43,573 bases of DNA from an uncultured Thermotogae bacterium. GTDB lineage: Bacteria; Bipolaricaulota; Bipolaricaulia; UBA7950; UBA9294. Positions 18,184-26,076 of this stretch are shown here, piece after piece. Position 1 is the first letter of the stretch, and every line of letters starts with the position of its first letter. The notes under the pieces were generated by a model that saw only the letters and a program-made list of their open reading frames with translations, was not told where the DNA came from and searched no databases. Location of the stretch: positions 1 to 43,573 of the forward strand of contig CAZQHD010000002.1 of the NCBI GenBank assembly GCA_964593295.1, read 5' to 3'. The translations under genes and the position numbers were made by a program.

Positions 18184-19068
18184 ATGCATCACTTACGATC
18201 GCTAGGGTTTGGCGTGTTCGGTCTGGGGGTTCTTCTTGTCGGGCTGATCGCGGTGGGGGAGACGAAGTCCAACCAGGAGCTTCTGGCCGAGGCGGATCTT
18301 GCCTACGTTGGACGCCTTTGTCCCGAGGGCATGGAGGAGGCGGTCGTGCGCTATGAAGCCGTGCTCGATGGCATCGATTCTCTCTCCGTGTCGGAGCAGA
18401 CCAGTCTCCTGAACCGCCTGTCTCAACTGTACTATGAGTCCACCACGTTTACGATCGATGACGTGCCGGGGGACCGACAGCGATTCGAGAGGGGAAGAGA
18501 GTACGGGCTGCAGAGCCTGAGGCTCAACCCGGCGTTTGTCGAGGCCGAAGACCGTGACTTCAAGGAGGCGGTGTCCTACGTCACGGACCTCGCCGCGCTC
18601 CACTGGACGGCCAGCAACTGGGGAAAGCTGTTGGGAATGACAAGCTGGGTCGAGATTCTCTTCCAACCAGGGCTGGTGGCTCAGGCGGGGAGGATCCTCG
18701 TGTTGTTCGAGCGCGTTGTGGCGCTGGACCCAGGCTTCTGGGGAGGCAGTGCGTGCAGCTCCCTTGGGTCACAACTGGTGATGTCTCCTGCGTTTCTGGG
18801 CGGAGACCGGCCGCGTGGACTCGCCCTGATGGAGCAAGCGATCGACCTGGATCCGTCGTACCTGTCGAACCGAGTCATCTTTGCCGAATACGCGGGGTAT
18901 GCCTACGACACGTTCGGGAATCGAGGCAAGCCTGCCGACGTGCAGCTCATCCGGCAAGAACTCAGCGTCGTCTTGGAGGCTGAAATCGGAGACTGGCCGT
19001 TCTGGAATGCCCGCGCCAAGGAACGAGCGGCCTACCTCCTGGAACAACTCTCACCCGATTCGTCCTGA
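18184..19068 (+). CDS. secreted all-helical (TPR-like) protein, possibly TatT family
   Basis: The ATG at 18184 follows AAGGAGG. N-terminal hydrophobic anchor. The C-terminal block FWGGSACSSLGSQLVMSPAFLGGDRPRGLALMEQAIDLDPSYL..VIFAEY resembles the TatT (TRAP-associated TPR) family as I remember it. Confidence 0.45.
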   Translation: MHHLRSLGFGVFGLGVLLVGLIAVGETKSNQELLAEADLAYVGRLCPEGMEEAVVRYEAVLDGIDSLSVSEQTSLLNRLSQLYYESTTFTIDDVPGDRQRFERGREYGLQSLRLNPAFVEAEDRDFKEAVSYVTDLAALHWTASNWGKLLGMTSWVEILFQPGLVAQAGRILVLFERVVALDPGFWGGSACSSLGSQLVMSPAFLGGDRPRGLALMEQAIDLDPSYLSNRVIFAEYAGYAYDTFGNRGKPADVQLIRQELSVVLEAEIGDWPFWNARAKERAAYLLEQLSPDSS

Positions 19069-19121
19069 CACGCGAGCGATTCGCCGAACGGCAAGAGCCC
19101 GGGGCACCAGGGCCTTCATCT

Positions 19122-19886
19122 CTACTCCCCCCATCCTGTCTTGCCGATCTGAGTGAGTCGATTGAGGCAGGGTACGAGAGATTGCATCGCGATCCGGGCA
19201 TGCCGTGCCAGTCGAACCAGCGAGGCCCACTGGCGTGGATGCAGAGATGTGTCGATGAGAAGACGGACTCGGGATGCCTCGGCGCTCAGAACCCGACGGG
19301 TACTCTCCGGCATCGTGTCTTCCAGACGGTCTGAGACCGCGCGCACCGTGAGGAATGGAACGCTGTGGGACGCGGCGATGGTGGCCAGCCAGAAGCTCTC
19401 CATGTCGACCACGTCGGCGCAGTGCTTTGCGGCAAGAGACTGCTTCTGCTTGGGCGTGGCGACCAACCTGTCGGTGGTCAGTCCTCGGAGCCTTCGGACG
19501 TTCCCGGCGCACCCCGTGATGGTTTGCTCAGCCCATGCAATCAGCTGCTCGTCGAGCGCGTGATCCTTGATCGTTGGTCTCCCCGACGTTTCTTCTTCAC
19601 ATCTTACGCTCGTGTACAACGCGATCTCTCCGATGCCCACACCGTCCACCAGCGCGCCGCAGAATCCGAAGGAGACGATCCGGTCGATCCTCTCTTGAGC
19701 CATTGCGCAGGCCACGGCGTTCTGGACTCGATCACGGCCGATTCCTGTTTGGATCAGCAACACCGGATCATCACGATTCGCCGCCCGATACGATGGGAAC
19801 GGCAGGTGCGGATCCCTCCTGTTGAGGCGAAGGGCCTTCTTGACCGGGAGAACCTCCTCACGAACTGCACCGACCAGCAGGATCAT
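19122..19886 (-). CDS. PNP/UDP-phosphorylase-fold nucleosidase, HpnG/MTAN-like
   Basis: MILLVGAV..., TGIGRDR, SFGFCGAL and VVDMESFWLA are the conserved blocks of the MTA/SAH nucleosidase and hopanoid-associated phosphorylase fold. The ATG at 19886 overlaps the sulfotransferase stop (ATGA). Confidence 0.7.
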   Translation of the reverse strand: MILLVGAVREEVLPVKKALRLNRRDPHLPFPSYRAANRDDPVLLIQTGIGRDRVQNAVACAMAQERIDRIVSFGFCGALVDGVGIGEIALYTSVRCEEETSGRPTIKDHALDEQLIAWAEQTITGCAGNVRRLRGLTTDRLVATPKQKQSLAAKHCADVVDMESFWLATIAASHSVPFLTVRAVSDRLEDTMPESTRRVLSAEASRVRLLIDTSLHPRQWASLVRLARHARIAMQSLVPCLNRLTQIGKTGWGE

Positions 19887-21028
19887 GACGAGACCTCGGA
19901 CGATGGATCGCGAAGCGTGTACCCCCATGGGGTGAACGCAAATGCCCACTGACGGTTGACCTCGGCGATGACCTCGCGGCTCAGAGGATACTGGTTTCTC
20001 CGATACCCGGAAACCGATTCGATGTACTGTTCGAAGTAGGGGCGTGCTTTCTCGAACCCGGGAAGCTGCAGTTCCCGGTAGATCCTTGCCAGTTGGGCCA
20101 ACGGCGCTGATTCCAGGTCTTCGTAGCGAATCTCAACATACCGGTTTGCGGGGATGGAGGACCGGTCCTCCAGAAGGCGTTGCATGAGCTTTCGATAGAA
20201 GAGCAGAACATTGAACGGGATCTCCTCCGGGGCGATCCGTTGGAGCTGTGACTTCGGGAGCACCGTCCTGTGCATGTGTACGGTCGAGAGAAACACCTCG
20301 TAGGGATCACGATGGATGTGGATGAATCTGGCTTCGGGGAACAGCTTCAGCAGGGTCTTGATCCGCCCGCTGTGTGCACAGTTCTTGATGACCAGTCTTC
20401 GGCCTTGGCTTCTCACGGTGGCTTTACGGAGGATCTCCTGGTAGACGGCGCACCAACGCGAGAGTGTCGCTTCCGGGAGGCGGTGGAACAGTACGTACCG
20501 ATCGAAAAACCATCGAGCCTGTCGGGGAAACGTAAACGCGTGCAGGAAGGAGTAAGGAGACATGGAGGCCAGAGCAAACTCGTCCTCTTGAGGCGCGTCA
20601 AGGGCGAGAGGGATGTTGTCAATCAGGCGTGTCGGATAGTGTTTGGCCGCGTGCCTTGCCAGCAGGGGCATGAGTCTCCGTTCCCCCGAAAGACAGAAAC
20701 CCGGGGCCATGGCCTGGAAGGTAGAGACGGATCCGACCGCGGGATCCCTGCACAGGAGGTTGTGCAGATGGGTGGTCCCGCTTCGCCAGTGTCCGAGGAT
20801 GAAGAGCGGTTGGGGATGAACCGCGGTATGTCGAACCAAGCGACCGTATCGGACGCGTTCCCATACGCGAAGCGGAGCGGTGAGCAGCGTGGTCAACGTC
20901 ACGAAGGCTGCCCGTAGAAGGAACGGTCTGTCTACGCTCGGGTGCTCTCGAAGCAGGCGCACCCAGCTGGAGAAGGATCCCAGCGCGATCGGATGCTCTG
21001 TATGTCTTCGGTGTTCGCGTTTCGACAT
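19883..21028 (-). CDS. PAPS-dependent sulfotransferase family protein
   Basis: 5'-phosphosulfate binding loop GHWRSGTTHLHNLL, and a 3'-phosphate binding region ARFIHIHRDPYEVFLS. The ATG overlaps the upstream stop by 1 nt (TGATG). Confidence 0.85.
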   Translation of the reverse strand: MSKREHRRHTEHPIALGSFSSWVRLLREHPSVDRPFLLRAAFVTLTTLLTAPLRVWERVRYGRLVRHTAVHPQPLFILGHWRSGTTHLHNLLCRDPAVGSVSTFQAMAPGFCLSGERRLMPLLARHAAKHYPTRLIDNIPLALDAPQEDEFALASMSPYSFLHAFTFPRQARWFFDRYVLFHRLPEATLSRWCAVYQEILRKATVRSQGRRLVIKNCAHSGRIKTLLKLFPEARFIHIHRDPYEVFLSTVHMHRTVLPKSQLQRIAPEEIPFNVLLFYRKLMQRLLEDRSSIPANRYVEIRYEDLESAPLAQLARIYRELQLPGFEKARPYFEQYIESVSGYRRNQYPLSREVIAEVNRQWAFAFTPWGYTLRDPSSEVSS

Positions 21029-22731
21029 CAGCGCACTCTCCCAGGAGGGTGGGATTCATCGTGTGCGTAGGGCATTGCGCTGGCCTGCGACGCATGGAGA
21101 GGCGCGGCGGCCTCTCGAAGCATCACCAGACCAAAGATGGTCGTGGAGTAGGCGATCCCTCCGTTGGGGTGAAGGAAGACGGCTCCTGCCCAGTTATTGA
21201 ACCCCAGCCCGCGGCCAGCCAGCCGTCGGTAGACTGTCTCGCCGGTGTGGAAATCGATGGCGATCCAATACCAGTGAGTCACCGAACACTCTTCACTTCG
21301 CCAGTACATGTACACCAGACCATTGCCCAACGAGAGCTTGAACACACAGAGGCTCTTCTCGGAGCTCGACCAGACTTCACGGCAGGAGAAGCTCCCGTCG
21401 TCTTCTCTGAGCACGTCCACACGCGTCAGCCCCGGCTCCGGACGTGAACGAGGGAATCGATGGTGTCCCCAGTTGTTCTCCACCAGAATCGAGTACCGCC
21501 CCCGTCCCACCCCCTGAGTATCCGCATGTTCAAAGCACGCAACGCTGACATCGGTTCCACTCTTGCCCTGTTCGAACAGAGGGAAACGGCAGAGGATCTG
21601 TCCGTCGTGGCGACGCAACAAGAGAAGATGGATCCTCGGCTCTGCGTTGTCGGTGATGGCCACCAATCCATCGAGGTCTCCCATCAACGAAACCGAGGTC
21701 CCCGACCCTCGAGCAATGTGTCCTGGTTTCTTGGCGCCGCCGCGATCATACGGAGTTCGCCACTCGATGATCACCTTGCCCTCGTCTCCGACACCGAACC
21801 GGTACATGGCATGATCGGAGACGATGAACGCGCCGTCCTGGCCCACCGCGAACGAGTTCTCGATGGTTTCTCCCTCGAGTTGAAGTGTTCGAACGTCTCC
21901 GGACTCGATCTCCACGGTCCCGACCATCCCCTCTGTGGAGGCAAACCAGTAGTACTGACCGCCCCAATCGGGGAGAACCCATGCAATACTGTCCCTCTTC
22001 GGCCAACGCATCGGTACGACCGAATCCTGGAGGTCGTAGGTCCTCACGACCTCGAAGCTCGAACTGTCGTCAGAGATTCGGATCACCTCGATCGTGTTCT
22101 GTGTCGTGGGGACGACCGCGCGGTCTTCGTGGTCCAAGTAGAAGTACATCCCGGCCCCGATATACTGCCAGGGCATGATCCCCTGCAGCCACCAGTACCA
22201 CGGCCGAGAGGGAAGAGGGTGCGTTGCCAGCAACTCCAGCGAGTGGTCATCGATGAGATCGAGTCGGAACCGCCTGCCGTTGCTGAACACGGCGACGATG
22301 CGCCCGAGGCGATCGTGGGTGAGGGTGCCGTATCCGCCGAACCCTTCGGTTCGAGAGACGATCTCCATGTCGATGCCCAGCGGGCCCGCGGCCGTGTAGG
22401 TGTCGCTCATGGACGCATCACAGTGCATGTTGTTGACCCCTCCGGAGGCCATGAACGGGTGCTTGGGGACCGGCATGTGGGGGATCGGCACGGGCTTGGT
22501 CTCCGGGATGGACCGGAGGACCTCTGAACAGGAAGACGTGTCCGCGTTGTCTCTGCCGAACAGAGCGCTCCACGCCACGCGGAATGCCTCGGAAGGATAG
22601 AGGATGTTGGGCGAGATCGGACGGACAGTGTCTGAGGGCTGGGATGTACAACGCGAGAGGGCGAAGACGAGGAGAACGCAGCCCACGATGATGGCGGGAA
22701 CGAACCAACCTCTTCGCTGAACAGAGTTCAT
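21028..22731 (-). CDS. membrane-anchored extracytoplasmic protein, probably beta-rich/propeller-like, family not recognised
   Basis: MNSVQRRGWFVPAIIVGCVLLVFALS anchor, then about 540 residues rich in W/Y/G beta-strand patterns (GGVNNMHCDASMSDTY, WYWWLQGIMPWQYIGAGMYFYLD, YYWFASTEGMVGTVE). The track's N-terminal extension to 23037 is Arg/Ser-rich and runs into the divergent gene, so I place the start at 22731. Confidence 0.55.
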   Translation of the reverse strand: MNSVQRRGWFVPAIIVGCVLLVFALSRCTSQPSDTVRPISPNILYPSEAFRVAWSALFGRDNADTSSCSEVLRSIPETKPVPIPHMPVPKHPFMASGGVNNMHCDASMSDTYTAAGPLGIDMEIVSRTEGFGGYGTLTHDRLGRIVAVFSNGRRFRLDLIDDHSLELLATHPLPSRPWYWWLQGIMPWQYIGAGMYFYLDHEDRAVVPTTQNTIEVIRISDDSSSFEVVRTYDLQDSVVPMRWPKRDSIAWVLPDWGGQYYWFASTEGMVGTVEIESGDVRTLQLEGETIENSFAVGQDGAFIVSDHAMYRFGVGDEGKVIIEWRTPYDRGGAKKPGHIARGSGTSVSLMGDLDGLVAITDNAEPRIHLLLLRRHDGQILCRFPLFEQGKSGTDVSVACFEHADTQGVGRGRYSILVENNWGHHRFPRSRPEPGLTRVDVLREDDGSFSCREVWSSSEKSLCVFKLSLGNGLVYMYWRSEECSVTHWYWIAIDFHTGETVYRRLAGRGLGFNNWAGAVFLHPNGGIAYSTTIFGLVMLREAAAPLHASQASAMPYAHDESHPPGRVR

Positions 22732-22810
22732 GAACAGGAGGATACCCTGAGGCTGACTCTCGATCACGTGACCGTGAGATCGTGCTCTTGTCATCCGAGG
22801 GTTGAGTCGG

Positions 22811-22851
22811 CGGAGCGCTGAACGGCAAGATGAACCCCGCCGAGCGCTCCG
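22811..22851. promoter_or_regulatory. perfect 9-bp inverted repeat in the divergent control region
   Basis: CGGAGCGCT (22811-22819) and AGCGCTCCG (22843-22851) are exact reverse complements separated by 23 nt. The repeat sits midway between the divergent starts at 22731 and 22921. Confidence 0.25.
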
Positions 22852-22920
22852 AAGAAGGTTGCTGGAAGAGGACCTGCCATGGGATGATACCCGTACACGA
22901 TTCAGAGAGAGAGGGAGAGG

Positions 22921-24591
22921 ATGGCCACACAGGACGGCTTTGTGCTTTGGTTCACCGGTCTGTCTGCGTCGGGGAAGACAACCTTGGCCCAGGCGGTGGA
23001 GAAGGAGATGATGGCACGCGGGATGCCGCGGGTTCAACGCTTGGACGGTGATGTTGTACGCGAGGACCTGACAAGAGACCTGGGCTTCAGCAAGGAAGAC
23101 CGGGACGAGAACATCCGGCGGATCGCGTTTGTCGCGCAGCTACTCTCCTCCCACGGTGTGGCCACGCTCTGCTCCTTCATCTCACCGTATCGAGAAGCGC
23201 GAGCGCACGCTCGCACTCGATGCCGCCGCTTCATCGAGGTGTTTGTGGACTGCCCGATGGACGTTCTTCTCGAAAGGGACCCCAAAGGGCTCTACAAAAA
23301 GGCGATGGCCGGGCAAATCCGAGGGTTCACCGGAGTTGACGATCCCTATGAGGCTCCGGAATCTCCGGAGATTGTTGTCCACACGGCACGCCAAACAGTC
23401 GAGCAGTCCACGCAGGTGATCCTCTCATACCTGGAGACGCACGGTTTGCTCGGAGCCCAACAGTCTGGCGTAATGAGCTCTGTACGGCTCGTGGATCGGA
23501 CGGTGTCAGATCGCCGGAGACTCCGACAGGCGGATGGCCCTGTTCTGGTACTGTCTGACGTGCAGGTGAGCGAGCTAGACGCTATCGGATGTGGGTTGTA
23601 CAGCCCGCTGACAGGGTTCATGACCTCCGCGGAGTACGAGCGCGTGATCTCTTCGATGAGGCTTCCGGATGGCTCCGTCTGGACCGTCCCGATCACGCTT
23701 CCCGTGCCGAATGAACTGCGCCAGGGTATCCGATGCGGGATGGTCCTCACGCTTTGCGATGAGCAGGGGGAGACACATGGTCTTCTAGAAGTGAAGGACA
23801 TCTTCTCCCGCGATCTGAAGCACGAAGCCCAGTCAGTCTATGGGACAACCGAAACGATCCATCCCGGTGTCGCCCGACTGATGGAGGAGCCGGAGGCGGT
23901 GGTGGGCGGAGACATTCACCTCCTTCAAAGATCAGGCCCATCGCAGCATCCCCTCAACATGGATCCTGAAGTCACGAGAGAGCTGTTCTCCCAGAGGGGA
24001 TGGAAGACGATCGTGGCGTTCCAGACACGAAACCCCATTCATCGAGCGCATGAGTATCTTCTCAAGTGTGCGCTGGAGATCTTCGACGGGTTGTTCGTCA
24101 ACCCTCTGGTGGGAGAGACTCAGAAGGAGGATCTCCCGGTTGATCTACGGATGCGCTGCTACGAAGAGGTCTTGCAGGGCTACTTCCCGAAGGAGAGGAC
24201 GATCCTAGGAACCTTTCCCGTTCCCATGAGGTACGCCGGACCGCGAGAGGCTGTGCATCATGCCTTGTGTCGAAGAAACTACGGGTGCACGCACATGATT
24301 GTGGGGCGTGACCATGCGGGGGTGGGTGGCTACTACGGGACCTACGACGCACAACGAATCTTCGATCGGTTCACTCCGGAGGAACTGGGGATCACCCCGC
24401 TATGCTTTGAGCACGCGTTCTACTGCAGGGTGTGCGGCCAAGTGGCCAGCAAGAAGACATGTCCACATGACGCAGAACACCATCTCTTCCTCTCCGGGAC
24501 CAAGGTGCGGGAGATGCTCAGTGGCGGGACTCCGCTTCCCGATGAGTTCACACGGGCGGAGGTGGCCGAGATTCTGCGCGGGGCGCTCTAG
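22921..24591 (+). CDS. bifunctional adenylylsulfate (APS) kinase / sulfate adenylyltransferase (PAPS synthase)
   Basis: The N-terminal APS kinase has FVLWFTGLSASGKTTLA and SFISPYRE. The C-terminal ATP sulfurylase has FQTRNPIHRAHEYL and VGRDHAGVG. GAGGGAGAGG precedes the ATG. Confidence 0.9.
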   Translation: MATQDGFVLWFTGLSASGKTTLAQAVEKEMMARGMPRVQRLDGDVVREDLTRDLGFSKEDRDENIRRIAFVAQLLSSHGVATLCSFISPYREARAHARTRCRRFIEVFVDCPMDVLLERDPKGLYKKAMAGQIRGFTGVDDPYEAPESPEIVVHTARQTVEQSTQVILSYLETHGLLGAQQSGVMSSVRLVDRTVSDRRRLRQADGPVLVLSDVQVSELDAIGCGLYSPLTGFMTSAEYERVISSMRLPDGSVWTVPITLPVPNELRQGIRCGMVLTLCDEQGETHGLLEVKDIFSRDLKHEAQSVYGTTETIHPGVARLMEEPEAVVGGDIHLLQRSGPSQHPLNMDPEVTRELFSQRGWKTIVAFQTRNPIHRAHEYLLKCALEIFDGLFVNPLVGETQKEDLPVDLRMRCYEEVLQGYFPKERTILGTFPVPMRYAGPREAVHHALCRRNYGCTHMIVGRDHAGVGGYYGTYDAQRIFDRFTPEELGITPLCFEHAFYCRVCGQVASKKTCPHDAEHHLFLSGTKVREMLSGGTPLPDEFTRAEVAEILRGAL

Positions 24592-24624
24592 GCAGCGGGA
24601 GGGGGTCCCCGACCGAGAACGGAT

Positions 24625-26067
24625 TCAGGGATGTGCGATCTGATGCACCTTGAGGAAGTTGGTCTTGCCTCCTCCACCGACCGGGAGCCCTCCGGTGAGG
24701 ACGATCCAGTCCCCGGGACAGGCATCATCACGCTCGATCAGCATCCGTTCGGCCACCTGCAACAACGCCTCAGTGGAGTCGAAGGAAGGGACGAGTACGG
24801 GGGAGACCCCCCACACCAGGGCCAACTGACGGTGTACGGACGGCTGAGGGGTCAAGGCTACGATGGCTTGTCGAGGACGCATCCGGGCGATCTGGCGGGC
24901 CGTGTACCCAGACCATGTTGCAGTCACGATGAGACGGGTCTGTAAATCCGTGGCGATCTGAACGGTGGCGTCACTGATCGCGTCGGTTACCGCGTGAAGT
25001 CGGTGTGTCCCGGGCGTCGCCGTCATCTGCTTGAGCATCCGATCTTCGACCACCGAGGAGATCTCCCGGATGATGGATACCGCCTCCACGGGGTAGCGGC
25101 CGATGGCCGTCTCCGCGGACAGCATGACGGCGTCTGTTCCGTCTAGGATCGCGTTGGCCACGTCGCTGGCCTCGGCGCGGGTGGGGCGGGGACTGTCGAT
25201 CATGGACTGGAGCATCTGTGTCGCCGTGATCACCGGGATCCCCGCATGGTTGCACTTCTGGATGATCTCCTTTTGGTGGAGCGGGACGGTCTGTGGGGAG
25301 AGCTCTACACCCAGATCCCCCCGGGCCACCACGATCGCGTCGACCCGTGGGAGGATCTCGTGGAACCGTTCCACGGCGCAGCGAGACTCAATCTTGGCTA
25401 GGATGGCGATACCGGCAGCGACCTCTCCTTGGAGCCGGAGAACACGTCGCAGATCCTCGATGTCCTCTGGAGACCGCACGAACGAAAGCGCGATGAAGTC
25501 CACGCCTTGCGACACCGCGAAAGCTGCATCTGCATGATCCTTGTCGGTCATCGCCGACTGCACAGGGATCCCATCCGGCAAGGCGACGCCTTTGTTCGAG
25601 GAGAGAGGACCACCGAGTAGAACTCGGCAGATCAACACCTCTGGGCGGACCTCTTCGACGACCAACTCCACGGCCCCGTCGTCCAGCATCAGGCGTTGCC
25701 CCGTTCGCATGTGGGCGATGATCTCCGGATGAGGCAGGGGCAGGACGTGGTGTGTCCCATCTGCGGAACGGGACGTCAGGCAGACCCAGTCTCCGATCGA
25801 GAGTTCCATCGGCCTGACGAGCTCTCCCAACCGGATCTTGGGGCCCTGCAGATCCGCCATGATGGCAATGACCGCACGCTCCTGCTGCGCAGCCTCGCGT
25901 ACTTGTTCGATCATCGATCGGTGCTCGTCATGACTCCCGTGAGAGAAGTTGACGCGGGCAACATCCATCCCTTCGCGGATCAGACGACGGAGGACGGAGA
26001 GATCCTTCGTTGCCGGACCCATCGTGCACACGATCTTCGTCTTTGTGTCGGAGACACTGAGCACCAT
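24625..26067 (-). CDS. pyk: pyruvate kinase
   Basis: KTKIVCTMGPAT, VARVNFSHGSHDEH, IMADLQGPKIR, VVARGDLGVELS, ITATQMLQSM, and a C-terminal allosteric domain. Confidence 0.95.
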   Translation of the reverse strand: MVLSVSDTKTKIVCTMGPATKDLSVLRRLIREGMDVARVNFSHGSHDEHRSMIEQVREAAQQERAVIAIMADLQGPKIRLGELVRPMELSIGDWVCLTSRSADGTHHVLPLPHPEIIAHMRTGQRLMLDDGAVELVVEEVRPEVLICRVLLGGPLSSNKGVALPDGIPVQSAMTDKDHADAAFAVSQGVDFIALSFVRSPEDIEDLRRVLRLQGEVAAGIAILAKIESRCAVERFHEILPRVDAIVVARGDLGVELSPQTVPLHQKEIIQKCNHAGIPVITATQMLQSMIDSPRPTRAEASDVANAILDGTDAVMLSAETAIGRYPVEAVSIIREISSVVEDRMLKQMTATPGTHRLHAVTDAISDATVQIATDLQTRLIVTATWSGYTARQIARMRPRQAIVALTPQPSVHRQLALVWGVSPVLVPSFDSTEALLQVAERMLIERDDACPGDWIVLTGGLPVGGGGKTNFLKVHQIAHP

Positions 26068-26076
26068 ACGATCCTC

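Noticed and set aside
21460-22527. 355-aa plus-strand ORF
   Set aside because: It is antisense to the 567-aa membrane-anchored protein gene, which is translationally coupled to the sulfotransferase. The plus-strand product is Arg/Pro/Gly-rich with no RBS.
22732-23037. N-terminal 102-residue extension of the 21028-23037 ORF
   Set aside because: The extension is Arg/Ser/His-rich. It precedes an obvious Met plus signal-anchor at 22731. It would also run through the divergent promoter and the 5' end of the PAPS synthase gene.
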